From assembly GCF_006345805.1 (NCBI RefSeq), contig NC_043003.1, positions 29,698,001 to 29,762,000 of the forward strand: a stretch of DNA of 64,000 bases. Direction: 5' to 3'. A program made the translations under genes and the position numbers. Shown here one piece after another: positions 36,980 to 51,338 of the stretch. Under the pieces are notes generated by a model. It searched no databases. It was not told where the DNA came from and saw nothing but the letters and a program-made list of their open reading frames with translations. Numbering within the stretch: the stretch's first letter is position 1; each line of letters starts with the position of its first letter. The DNA is from Octopus sinensis (Eukaryota).

Positions 36980-39551
36980 GTTTGCTTTTATGTCAAATAA
37001 CATATAAAAGCAATTTAGCATTAAACTGAAAGCTTACTTTTAATAGAGTACATGTTTATTAAACTTTTATAAGGAAAAGATTTACAGTGACTTCAAAGTA
37101 TCTGTTTGCTTGCCTTCATCACCCTATCAAACAGCCCAATGAATGCAAGCAAGCCAAAACTTCAAAATCACTGTCAAACTTTTCATTAAGCAATACATAC
37201 ATAAGTACACATGTACATATATTACAATACATATACTCAGATACAAATGCATATTCTTTGTGTGTGTGTGTGTGTAATAATCATACACATATATTCATAG
37301 ACACAGGTACTAAAATATAATTTCTCAATAAACATGCAGCATTCCATTACTAATGCAAATAGATAGAGATTAGAATCACTATATATGACTGCCATGCACA
37401 GATAGGAGAAAAAGATAAATATCGACAGACAACTGAAGCAGATCTGAAGAATTTTAGTCAAATATATATAAAAAAAAAGAAGTTTTGCTAGTCCTTGAGA
37501 AATTGAAACAAAGTTTTCAAAAAAATTCCTCAAAATCAGAGACTGGTGGAACACAGCAGCAATTAGTTTGTTCAGGCAGCAGAAAAACATATGAATGATA
37601 ACATCAAAAACCATATTAGAAGCTTATTGACAGAACAGCTTACTGTAGACATGCAAATTCTTCAGTACTTATTTGCCGTATTTATTGCATGTTTTTTGTT
37701 GATTTTTTTTTTTGTTCACAACAAAAGAGACAGGCCTATTTTGAAGGCCTACTCTCATCCATCATCCCACTGTGAAGTACATTAAACATGGAAAATCATT
37801 TGTACCCCCTTCATTACAAAACAAATTTCTATTGAAATGCACTGCTTTTGTGTCAATTAATTTTGAAAATAATGAAGAATTTAGTGAAATAATTTTCTTA
37901 TTATTAAGCTAATGTTTGGAATGTAAATTAGTATGAAATTTTGATGGAAGATTTTAATTTAAAACACTTTAAAACAGAAATTTTGTATTATAGGGACAAG
38001 ACAGATTGGTATCAAAAGGGTTTAATAGCTTCAGTGATAGTAAATACTAAGAGAATCTCACCTCTTCTGATGTAACCTATTAGATGATCATAAGCTAAAT
38101 TACTATCTTCAGCTTAAAAAGAAGCCAATTATTACCGAGTTGGTTGGTTGGTTGGTTGGTTGGTTGGTTGGTTGGTCGAATGATGTGGAAGGGGTGGTGT
38201 TTAATTCCAGGCTGGCTCCATCAAGTAGACACACTTGGCACACAGATAATCAACAGATTGACTAGGTTTGAGCATATGGTTCTAGGTATACCCAAGCTCC
38301 ACTCTAGATGACAGCACACTCGTATTAACATGCAGTGGTTAATGATATAAAATAATACACATACATATATCTATGTGTGTGTATATACATCATAATCATC
38401 ATAATTTAACATCCATTTTCCTTGCTGGTATGGGTTGGCCAGTTTGACCAGAGTTGGCAAGCTGGAGAGCTGCACTAGGCCCCAGTCTAATTTGGCTTGG
38501 TTTCTATGGCTAGATATGCTTCCTAATGCCAACCACTTTACAGAATGTGCTGAGTGCTTTTCACATGAACCAGTGCAGGTGCTTTTTATGTAAACTGCCA
38601 TGGGCACTTTTTACATGGACCAGCATGAGCAGTTTTTAATGGACCAGCACAGGCACTTTTTACATGAACCAGCACTGATGCTTATTATGTGAACCAGCAC
38701 AGCTACTTTTTACTAGGACTAGAATATATATGTGTGCATGTACATACATATATGTGAGTTCGTTCGCTCATTTAACATCCATTAATTCATGCTAGGCCCT
38801 TCCTGTTGCTAACACATTTCACATGTCTTCAAAAGCAAGAAGTGCCCAGACAATTTCCAGACAGAAGAGTCATCACTATCATTGCTCATAGTTTGTGCAC
38901 AAATGGAAACAAACATTCACACACACAAATATATATATATATAATGGGCTTCTTTCAGTTTCTGTCAACTAAATTCACCCACAAGGCTTTGGTCAGCCCA
39001 GGGCTATAGCACAAGACACTGCTCATGATGCTGTGCATTGGACTCAATCTAAAATTATGTGGTTAGGAAGAAAACTTCTTAACCATGTAACTATGCCTGT
39101 ATACACATACACATTATATTATATATAAACACACACACTTAGCAGTGACTTTGAAGTCTCATCATACAGAGTTAATTTGAAGCTTCTGACCACAACTTAA
39201 TATGCTTCACACTTTTTATAACTGACCTGAAGATGACCGGGACAGTGTGGACCTGAACAGTACTTGGCCAGGATTTGAACTCAGAACATAAACAGATATG
39301 ACCAAGTTCCACAAGGGACTTTTAGCCAATGCTCTACCAATTATATTACAAACCAAATCTCCAACATTCCATTTTTGGAAAGTTTAGCCTATCTATATCA
39401 TAATTTTATGTACTGTATATTCACCTTTGATGAGTTGTAATGCACCTGAGCACTAAACAATAATTTCATTATTATTATTATTGTCATTTACTTTTAATCT
39501 GCTGTTTGATGCAATCACTTGCCAGGGCACACCCAGCGCCCTAGGGCAAGT

Positions 39552-39582
<31 letters not shown>

Positions 39583-42500
39583 CATTATTATTATTATTAT
39601 TATCATTATTATTTTATTATAAGAGATCTTAAAAATAATTTTTTTAAATTAAAAAAAACCCACATCTTTCTGTATTTTACATTTTGCACATGTATGCATA
39701 CATGTACACATACATAACTGCACATACCAGGCATTTGGCTTTATGAGTTGCAGAAAATAAATTAGGTTTTGATGACTCAATAAAGATATATATAGATCAC
39801 ATGTGACCTTCATTTATTTAGAAGGCAATGAGAATTTAATATTTACCTGACAACACTTTCAACTGTTTGCTTAAAGCTACAGAACTAATTAAGAAATGCC
39901 TTCATAAGTGTAATGTCTGAGCAGACATGGCCCTGTTCATAAATTTGTGTCTCCCAACATTGAAATATATATGTATACAGAAAGTGGTGTATTGTGACAT
40001 AAAGGAGAAATTGGTGGTGTAATAAAACTGTCATAATATCTGTGTGTCTGGTAGCTGTTTTGGGAGGATTGTATGTAGTTGTACACATGGGAGGTAGGTA
40101 GGTAGGTTTGTGTATTATCTGTGTGTGAGTATGTGAAGTATGCAAACACAGAAAAGTGGACATCAAAATTATGATGATGACTATATATATAATTATATAC
40201 ATGCATATGGTGCTTGTAAGATAAAAGGGTTACACCATATTTTTAGTACAGTCCATATTTATTAAACTTTTACAAGAATAAGGTTGACATATAACTTTGA
40301 AGTTTCAGTTTGCCCACCTTCGTAAGACTAACGAATGCAAACAAGCCAAAACTTCAAAGTCCCTGCCAAAGTTCTTTGTAAAAGTTTAACACACACACAC
40401 ACATACAGTATATTTGTTATACGTGTATGTGTGTGTGTTTATCTCAGAAGACAAAAGTTGACAGTAACTTCAAAGTTCTTTTCCAAATTAAATTTCATAC
40501 AATACTTAAATATATTAAGTTATCTTTCATTTTATGTCTGACTGCTCTTAAGCATGATTTTGCCATGTATTTCCTTATTTTCAAAATAGCCACACTGTAT
40601 CCCTGTGTATGTCTATTCAAATCACTGCCAACTTGTGGAGCATTGTCAACACATATATTAACCCGAGATGGTTGATTTCATTTCCAATGAGTTCAATGTA
40701 ATTTTTACAAATATACAACTGATTGTTTATGTAAAATAATGTGTGTGTGTGTATGTCAAGAGAGTATAAAGTCCACATCATTTAATGTAACTATCAATTC
40801 TTGAAGGATTAATTGTAACATATACACACACACACCATACACACAAATGCATGTGTGTGCACGTTTAAAACATTCATTAGAATCTATGTGAACAATCCCA
40901 ACACAGATGGCAAAAGGTAATGAAAAAAAATCAATCAATAAATTTATATAAAGTGTGTACATGTTGAAAACTTTTTAAAATATGATATTCATCTTGAGAA
41001 AGTATCTCTTATAGACATGTGGTGCTAAAAACACAGAAAAATAGCAGCAGCACATCTTTAAGACATACTTTCTTGAGATGAATACTGCAGTTTTAAAAGG
41101 CATTCAACATATACCAACTTTAAGTATGTATGCAGATTGCTAATTTCTAATTAATATTGCTTACAAAGCTAATTATAAATTTTACTAAATTCTTCATTAT
41201 TTTCAAAATTAATTGAAAGAAAAGCAATGTATTTCAACAGAAACATGATAACAAAAGGGTTAAATTCAAAATAAACTTTTCATCAAGAACAGAAATGTTG
41301 ATTTAGATAGTTTTATCATTTTTAAAATTAAAAAAAGAATTCTTTGGTAAAAACTGCTCAATATTGTATTGAAGCATTTATTTTTGGCCTAAATTACTAT
41401 TTGGCCTTTGTTGTATGATTGCATGCTGGATACAAGATCACAATTAACTCTTGTATCTCTGTATGTAACATGAAAATAAATCCAAAGGAGATAATTTTTG
41501 CATCCACGTATTTTTTAAGTAACAATTTGTCTTTAAAAAATATTTGTGGATATTTTAAAAAAAGCACCCTCAACTGAGGGAAGGATGTCTGAGAGAGGAG
41601 GAATTAGCTTTGTGCCAGATGTTGAAAGACTAAAGTATTAAAATCATAGTTTTCATGTCTTTGCTCCAGTGAGTAGAGTTACATTTATTTCAGCCCCACC
41701 CAGTGGCTCATTTGTTACACTACAGCATTATTCTTAGGGTTAAAGCATTGTATTGTCTCAAATTTTGTTATTAGTTTGACATAGTGTGGTGACAAAAATT
41801 AAGTGCAATAGTGCAAACTATACTCTTTGCCTACAGATGCATGTAACTTCTTGCCAAAATTTGAAATCAACATTTTAAATGTCTTCAATACCCATCAGAA
41901 CACACACAATGTGTACGTGTGTGTTCATTCACACACTTTCTAACCTTCAGTTGTTATTTCATAATTCTTTAATCTCTGACATTTTGGGGTAGAACCGGTC
42001 ATAATTATTTTGGAAAAGGTCAAAACATCCAATTTATGTTTAAAATTACAGACACCTCTTCCTCACAGCTAACTAACTTATTCCACTTTCTCAATTGTTT
42101 ATATTATCAATTTTTTATTTACATCTTTTTAATCAGTAGGAGAGGCAGTGCCCATGACCCTTCCCAAGGCCCTTGAAGCTCTGGGAGGAAAGTATTCTCA
42201 AAGTGGAAACCCAAACCAAATGTTTGCAACAGAGCGAACTCTGCTACATGCCCCTATGGTCCCAGATAATGGTGTTAAATCAATCACTGGATTAAGTAAC
42301 CCACCCAATTGAGCTACACAGCATGACGTGAACTCAGAACACAAAGCTAAAACAAATACCACAAGGGACCAGTCAAATGTAACAATTGTGCCGAACTAGT
42401 GATCTGAATTGGTACTTTTTCTATTCAACCCTGAAAGGATAAAAGGCATAGTTGACTTTAACAGGATTTGAAGTGCCAAGTGTCAGGCGAAATATTGCAA

Positions 42501-45500
42501 AGCATTCTAATCTGAAATTCTAACAACTTTGCTACTTACTGTTTTTATTAATTGTTGAAGACAAACACTTGTTTCTTGAGATTCAACTGTTTCTACTCAA
42601 ATGATTTTAAATTCTGGGCACAACTACATGTAAAGGATAGAGTGAAGTTGGTTTTTAATTCACCCCAGTTTTGACTGTCTTTATTTTATCTCTTTCAACC
42701 CAGAAATGAAAGGCAAAGTTAGCTCCGAACAGCTTTCAACCCAGAATCTAAACAGTCAGATGTTTTCTTTTTCTCTTTCACACACTCACACACAGAGTTA
42801 TGTTCTTACAAGTCAGTCATAAGTTATGTTCTTACAAGAAGATGCCTATGTTGTTTGCAGAGCCATCTAGTCTAGAATGGTTGACATAAAACTGGGGTGA
42901 TGTCAGGTATGCAGCAAGACCACATGGAATGAGGCAGCCCATTGTAAAATCATGTCTCAAGAAGAAGTCAAGGAAGTTGTGGCATAGTATACCATGACTT
43001 TTTCTGCTATTAATTTCTCCAAAATTTACAAATAAATCATCCATGCAGCTAATAATCCAATCCAATCATAGGCAATCTGTGACCTGCAAAACTTTGGCTT
43101 GTCTAATGAAAAATTACCTTGAATTTTTCTTAAGAGTGTAGCCAACCTGGTGATGAGCCACTTCTCATGTGGCCTACTTCTCAAAAAAAAGGCTGCCCAT
43201 GTCTAATCATTCCATATAGTTCTCTCAGAACTCTCATATGACACACAAACATGAGAACTAACATTTCTCTACTGTACTGTTAGACCCTCGTACATCAAAA
43301 CCGACAGGCGAGTCCATCATAAGAGTGTGCACATGTGATGTGTGCATGTCCCCTAAAACCAGTGACCAACAGAATGGACTTTGATTAAAGCACCAATCAG
43401 TCAAAATAGTGGTGTTAAACTAAGTAACAGGTTAGGCAAAAACGAAAACTGGAACCATCTATCTGATGGACCCTCACACAGATTATGTTTAACCAAGGTC
43501 ATTCACAAAGCTTCTGTTGATTTAAAGCTATAGTAAAAAAAAAAAATGTTGCTAGGATGTCATGTCTTGAGATTATACCTGAACACTTATAATTATGATG
43601 CAAACTTCTTATTCATCCAGTCATTTATGTTGGTATGTGATTTCTGTTTAAAGTTTCAACACATTTTTTAATTGGAAGGGTGTAGAGTCTGATATATATA
43701 TTTGTCCATTCTTTTGCGTAACATCCATTTTCCCATGCTATCATGGGTTATCAGATGGTTTCACCATGTGAGACCATGTCCAGAGTAAACACTACAAGTT
43801 TGATGGAGAATGGTGTATATTTAAAGCAGTATTTTATGTATATTTAAGGCAGTATTTTATGAGCAAATACTCTTCTTGTCACCAGCTCTGATATGCTTCC
43901 AATTGTGATTTATTATTTCACTGGTCTTTCAAAATGAAAAACAACAGTTACAATGTCGACAAGGAATGTAAACATCACATTACCTTTTGCTCAGATGGCA
44001 ACAAGCAAAGATGTGGAAGGTCAATATTCATGTGCATACATGCATGCACAAACACACATATATTTATGTGTGTGTTATCTCAGGTTGTAAACTTGTATCT
44101 TAAAATGTCTTAGTTATAACACATACTCTCTCTTTGAAAAATCCAGCTCATTAATAAATATATTTTACATGTATCACACTGCACCTAACACTGCTGCTGC
44201 TACCACTGTTGCTGCTACCACTACTACTACTACTACTACTACTATTACTACTGCTACACATAGACAGGCAATAATGAAAGTGATGGTATGCAGATGGTAC
44301 TGTTCACATCAGTTGGAATCTCTCTTAACTTTAAATAAACTACTCTGCCATTGTTTTGAGATACCACCCATCCACTCAGCCATACGCCCACAATAATACA
44401 AATCAGAAAGGCTTCCAGACTTTTCTTTTATAAACATATACAAGCATTAACTGGTTAACTTGTTTACTGGTTTCTTTTCTTTACATTTTTTTTTTCATTG
44501 CTTTCAAAGAGTTACAAGAATAACATTAACAATGACAGCAACAACCAACATCAATACAAACAACACCAATGACAATACAAATACCAACAACATGAATAGT
44601 GTTGAGAAATAGCAGTCAAATCATACCATGTCAAAGTGAAGGACACATTAATTAATGTAGTCCCGGATGCACTGTGTCAGATTAGAAGAGAGATAGTCAC
44701 ATTTGGAAAACCTTGGATCATAGGCCTCCTGAATGAGAGCTTACCTGGGATGACATAACAACAACACTAACAACAATACTAACAACAACACTAAGAGATG
44801 CATGTGAATGGAAGAATGAATAAATGAATGCAGTGCTGTTTACCTTTATTTACAAATGCTGACCTATGTATGGCTGAAAGAAAGCAGACATGGAGTCACT
44901 TAGCATTATAGGGGAAGAGAGGAGAAAGAAAGGGGTTATAGGAGTGGACTAGAGAGAGAGAGAGGGGGGGAGACTGAGGGAGGAAATGATAGCAAGAGCA
45001 GAGAAGATGATTTTAAACAGATACACATAGAGGCACACCCTTCCCTTGTATTATGGCCTTGTAATCCTGAAAATCTTGCCTCATGAAATTCTGTAATGCT
45101 TCCAATATAACAAGGGATGGCTGTACAGTAAAAGTCCTTACAACAAAATGTCAACAGACAGAAACATTTGTGGAGGTTAAAGCAACTGGGGAAAAAAAAG
45201 TTCCCCTCTTCATTTTGCCTCCAACAAAGCAGAGATTGGCTGTTTACAAGAAAACCTTTTATCTTCTGCTTAAATCAGATACATCATAGCTTCTACTGTG
45301 GTGATATAAATCGATGACCAGTGTTGTGATAATAATAATTAACATACTCTCAGTTATAAGTGTATGTGATATACAACAGTTTACTCTGATATATGTATCT
45401 ATCATATCTAAGAACTATGTGAGATATACTATAGTATACCGTGATATCATTTAACTTATCTGCTACAACTGCATGTAATACATCACAGTTTACTGTGACA

Positions 45501-45829
45501 ATATCATGTTCTGCTACAGAGCAACTCTGAAGCTTAGGAGTTAAGAATAAATTACCTTTCTAACATCACACCTCCACCATGATCATTTCTTGCTCAGCAC
45601 ATGACACACATCGTTTAACATCTGCTTTCCATGCTAGCATGGGTTGGACGTGTACAGAAATCATTATTATCGCTACTGATGTACATAGAAGGCCAGGTCT
45701 ACCATACAGTAGTAGTTCTCCATACACCTTAAGTATGTATCATTTGTGAAGACAATTGCTTCTGTACCTGTCCAAACTTATCAATGGTATCCACATAAAA
45801 CAATGAAATAACCTCTGTGCAATAACTTC

Positions 45830-46125
45830 ATGCATTGGGCCTCACAGAGACCATTGGCATTATGTTGTGCTTGAGAAGACCCGTCTAGCCGAGCAAAATT
45901 GCAGTCATGACAGATACCGGTGTCACACAAATGGAATCCATGCCAGTGGCATGTAAAAGCACCTATTACACTCTCATAGTGGTTGGCACTAGAAAGGGCA
46001 TCCAGCTGTAGAAAACCATGCCAAATCAGACTAGAGTCTGGTGCAGCCTTCCAACTTGCCAGCTCCAGTCAAACCGTTCAACCCATGCCAGCATGGACAA
46101 CGGACGTTAAATGATGATGATGATG
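45830..46125 (+). mobile_element. RTE LINE 3'-end fragment
   Basis: Matches the 3' UTR of the 34090-34925 element and ends GGACGTTAAATGATGATGATG. Others at 8194-8390 (-), 27780-27935 (+), 31140-31300 (-), 38395-38720 (-), 48560-48890 (+), 49130-49310 (+), 58740-58900 (-) and 60690-60930 (+). Confidence 0.8.
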
Positions 46126-46213
46126 TAGTTGCTTAACTTACTAGAAATATCACTCATATCTTCAAACAAAAAAGTAAAGGTATATATATACTAATAATAT
46201 AATAATAATATAT

Positions 46214-46264
<51 letters not shown>

Positions 46265-48363
46265 TATATAGGTGCAGGAGTGGCTGTGTGGTAAGAAGCT
46301 TGCTTCCCAACCACATGGTTCCAGGTTCAGTTCCACTGCGTAGCAATTTGGGCAAGTGTCTTCTACTATAGACCGATAGAATAAGTACTAGGCTTACAAA
46401 GAATAAGTTCTAGAGCTGATTTGTTCAACTAAAGGCGGTGCTCCAGCATGGCCAAAGTCAAATGACTGAAACAAGTAAAAGAAGAAAAGAAAAAGAATAT
46501 ATATATAAAAGTATATATATATATATATATATCAGATAATGTGCTCCTAGATACACTACATTCAATTAAATGACAGGATGATCACATCAGGAACACTTTT
46601 GATTACTGGTTTGTTCAATCAGTATTGACCAGAGAATAAATAACAATGGATAGCTAGATAAACTGGGCCATTAACAGTTAAATGGTTTTGCTAGAGATAA
46701 AATGAATCATTGACCCATGTAGAAAATAATTTAGTGCTTTAAAAGCATGACCAGTTGTGACTTTCTTAATAGATTAGGCTAACAAAAAGTAAAATAAACT
46801 TATAATCTGAACAGTCCTTGGTCACCTTGGAAACTGCTCTTGTGCTAAAAAAAATCTTGCCCAACTATCATCTGTTTAACTTACATTCAAGAGGGTTCCA
46901 GCCATCAAAAGCTATGGGTGCTGTCCTTTCTCACTAGCATTCAATATATTTTAAGTTTGTTCAGAAATAAATAATTTTAAAACAATGAATTTGTCAAATC
47001 TCATCTATAGCAGATATTTTTCAGTTTGACCCAGAACAAAAGAGGCATGTAAGTTATTTATTACATAACAAGACACCAAGATTATATTTATGGAATATAA
47101 GGCTGTTTACGGCCAATGAAAGTGCATAATGGAGAAACAAGAATTTGAAAATATGAAAGGAAAAAAAAGAGGAGAGTGGACAGGTTAATAAATAAACAAA
47201 ATCATAAAAGAAAGCTGATCTGCTTCCCTCCATCATCAGCATTTTTATTAGAGAGAAATAAATTAATCTTTCAACTTAATGAAATATCTTTATGATTCCT
47301 ATTTGTTCTATTGCCATCATCACTACACAACTTCACATCACACCAGCAACATCACAAGACACTGAGGAAGCCTCTACATGGTTGCATCATCAGCAGCAAG
47401 AAATCACAGCCAAATCTTCCTCACAAACTACTACTCAACCAGTTAAATATAGAGAATAAACTAATACTAATAATAATATATCGAAAAGGAAAATGTGAAT
47501 GGTCACAGCTTGAGTTCTGGTTAGTATTTTTCATCAGACAAAAATTAATTTTCCCAACATGTGCAAAGGATGTTAGAGAATGACAGTTGCAGAGCTACTA
47601 GACTGTAAATAAGAAGACCATGCCCATTTTCACTGTGGCCACCACATGAATCTAAAGGTGAATAGAAATGAAATGGGCAGTGAAGAGAGTGTCACATTCA
47701 CACCATTACATTGCACCCACATATGACTTGATTCATCACCAAAGTATGCCAGACTATGTAGTAAGGTTGTCAGGTTAGGTGAAGACATCATATGGATCTG
47801 TGGATCATATCTCATAGTTTAACTAAGCACTTGCATGTTGTAAGACTACTTGATCTAGGCTGACCTTGTGTCACATGCCAACAGACAATTGCTATAATAA
47901 TAATTTTTCAAACAAAATAAATAAACCAATTCATAAACAATGCAATAAACAAAATATATAGCAAACAATAAAACAAAGATTTTAAATATTTCCCCAATTA
48001 TGAGACATATATTAAATTTCAATGGTATGACATGTTGGGATGCATATGTGTTTGTCTGTGAGGTGTGTGTGGGGGTACAGTATGTATTTGTGTGTGGTTT
48101 ACAGAACGTGTCTGTGTGAATACAATGTTTGTGTGTGCAGTGTACCATGTGTATGATGTAGTTTGCATGTGCATGTGTGTATAGTGTATATTGTATATGT
48201 CTATGAGTATGCTGTGTATGTAGAAGTGTAGAACTGTCTTGTGTAGTTAAGTATTTATGTATGTGTTTGTGGTATGTATAGTGTATGTGCAAGGGAGTAT
48301 ATGAGTGTGTATGTACTGTATACAATGTGTATATATATATATATATATAATATATATATATAT

Positions 48364-48435
<72 letters not shown>

Positions 48436-49700
48436 CAGTGTAACTGTGCAGACAACATACAGTGTGTATGTGTTTATACTATGTATTAAAGACCTGTTGT
48501 CTGGGATGGTTGCATAGGCAATAACTATCTAGACTAAAACAACAATAATTATTGGTGACACATAAAAGCACCCGTGCCACTGACACATTAAAAGTACCTG
48601 TGCCAGTGACATACTAAAGGCACCTGTGCCGGTAACACGTTAAAGGCACCTGTGCCAGTGACACGTTAAAGGCACATGTACCAGTGACACATAATAGACA
48701 TCTGTGCCTGTGACACATGAAAGGAATCCAGTATACTCTGCGGAGTGGTTGGCATTAAGAAGGGCATCCAACCATAGAAACCAAACCAAATCAGACTGAA
48801 GCCCAATGAAGCTCTCCAGCTTACCAACTCCAGTCAGACCATCTAACCCATGCCAGCTTCAATAACAGATGCATGATGATGATGATGAAATATAAAGTAT
48901 CTCCTCCTATATTGACAATATGCTCTGACAACTTGTCACCATCATTATTGTCTTCTTTCTAGCTATTCCCACCCTTATATAATGTGGGGTAGCTATGTAT
49001 TCCTCTACTGCAAGACACCTATGCCTACTTGCCTATCATAATTTAAGTTCTCATCACCTTGCATAAAACCACCTCCCTCTCTACTACAACTCCATTCAGT
49101 TGAATGGTTGTTATCCTTATCTTGCAAGCTACTTGGTGACCTCACTAGTGCTGGTGCCACAAAAGCATCCAGTACACACTGTAAAGTGATTGGCTTTATG
49201 AAGGGCAACTAGGCATGGAAACATTGCAGCTCACTGATTCCTGCTGAACAATCCAACCCATGCTGGCATAGAAAATGGTCATTAAATGACGATGATGATG
49301 ATGATGAAGCAAATCATTTAAAATTTATTATAAAAATGCTAATTTTATATAAGTATCAATAAATAACTAATATTTTGATGTTAAGCAAGCAAAATTCTAC
49401 CATGTTTTTCAACCTCAATGTATATATTATATGTAAAATTATTAAATCTATATTCCAAAAGTGAAGCTACAAAATGTATCAAATATAGTGTTATAAAGGC
49501 AGAAAGTATTCTGTCTCTTGCGAAGTGTCATTACAGAGTGAAGATTAAACATATGGTCATACAGTGTATGTTTGTCTCTGGTGATTAGATTATTTTTACA
49601 GATGTATTTTATTATGTGCGAGTGTATATAAAAGTAATAATGAATATCATGCAAGTGTGTGTGTGTGTGTGTGTATACATATATATACATATATATATAT

Positions 49701-51110
49701 ATCAATTCCGTAAACCAGGAGAAAATTAAAAAACATTTACCCTGTAATTTCTTATACGATGCACCGTTTCATCTACTGTTTAATGGTAAACTAACCTGAT
49801 TAAATTAAATCAAGCCAATCTTCCATAGGCCCTTAGAATCGTCAGTAAGAAATAGCCAAGTCGGAACAGATATTTTCACGAGGCATTTCTGTCCCTGCCT
49901 CGGCAATATCTGACCTAAAATTTTCAAATCATCGCACTCGCGCCAAATTTATCCGCAGCAAATAAATATAAGCCGCCGATTCCATTACGGAATTAACCAG
50001 AAAATTCATAATTAATCAATATAGGGTGGCAAAAAATTTTGTAGAATTTTTTTGCCACCAGCGGCCTAGTGGGAAAAAATTAAATAGTCATAGACCATTT
50101 TTAAGTTCAACATCACAATCAAGGAACGGCCATAATAGGCCATTCACCCACTAGAAATAACAGTTATTTTGCGGTTGAAGCTTTGGCTGTTATTTCTGTT
50201 ATTTCTAGCGAGTGCGATGATTTGAAAATTTTAGGTCAGATATTGCCGAGGCAGGGACAGAAATGCCTCGTGAAAATATCTGTTCCGACTTGGCTATTTC
50301 TTACTGACGATTCTAAGGGCCTATGGAAGATTGGCTTGATTTAATTTAATCAGGTTAGTTTACCATTAAACAGTAGATGAAACGGTGCATCGTATAAGAA
50401 TTACAGGGTAAATGTTTTTTAATTTTCTCCTGGTTTACGGAATTGATGTTATTTTGCGGTTGAAGCTTTGGCTGTTATTTCTAGTGGGTGAATGGCCTAT
50501 TATGGCCGTTCCTTGATTGTGATGTTGAACTTAAAAATGGTCTATGACTATTTAATTTTTTCCCACTAGGCCGCTGGTGGCAAAAAAATTCTACAAAATT
50601 TTTTGCCACCCTATATTGATTAACTATGAATTTTCTGGTTAATTCCGTAATGGAATCGGCGGCTTATATTTATTTGCTGCCGATAAATTTGGCGCGAGTG
50701 CGATGATTTGAAAATTTTAGGTCAGATATTGCCGAGCAGGGACAGAAATGCCTCGTGAAAATATCTGTTCCGACTTGGCTATTTCTTACTGACGATTCTA
50801 AGGGCCTATGGAAGATTGGCTTGATTTAATTTAATCAGGTTAGTTTACCATTAAACAGTAGATGAAACAGTGCATCGTATAAGAAATACAGGGTAATGTT
50901 TTTTAATTTTCTCCTGGTTTACGGAATTGATGTTATTTTGCGGTTGAAGCTTTGGCTGTTATTTCTAGTGGGTGAATGCCTATTATGGCCGTTCCTTGAT
51001 TGTGATGTTGAACTTAAAAATGGTCTATGACTATTTAATTTTTTCCCACTAGGCCGCTGGTGGCAAAAAAATTCTACAAAATTTTTTGCCACCCTATATT
51101 GATTAATTAT
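49701..51110. mobile_element. Fold-back tandem array of a 484-bp Helitron/HINE-like unit inside a TA microsatellite
   Basis: A forward copy at 49701-50163 is followed by inverted copies at 50209-50447 (partial), 50448-50931 (full) and 50932-51110 (partial), about 99% identical. The unit has an A|TC start, a 10-bp inverted repeat, a 12-bp hairpin and CTAG|T. Confidence 0.75.
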
Positions 51111-51274
51111 ATATATATATATATATAGTCAGTGGATCATAAATCCCAAAAAGAAGTACACTCTAAAAGTTAGGGCAGTAATGTATTTACATGAAGTTAA
51201 ATATGTTAGCATTATGGATGCGAAACCATTAGCCACTCTATGACCTGACATAATTTTGACTTCATGTAAATATA

Positions 51275-51338
<64 letters not shown>

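Noticed and set aside
42832-43090. 77-aa ORF and nearby acceptor-like sites on both strands
   Set aside because: Early stops occur in all frames after the acceptors and there is no recognisable motif.
50300-50345. Other CTGANGA motifs as further hammerheads (also about 15964, 23902, 33530, 39226 and 47530)
   Set aside because: None has a correctly placed GAAA together with closing stems I and III and an NUH triplet.
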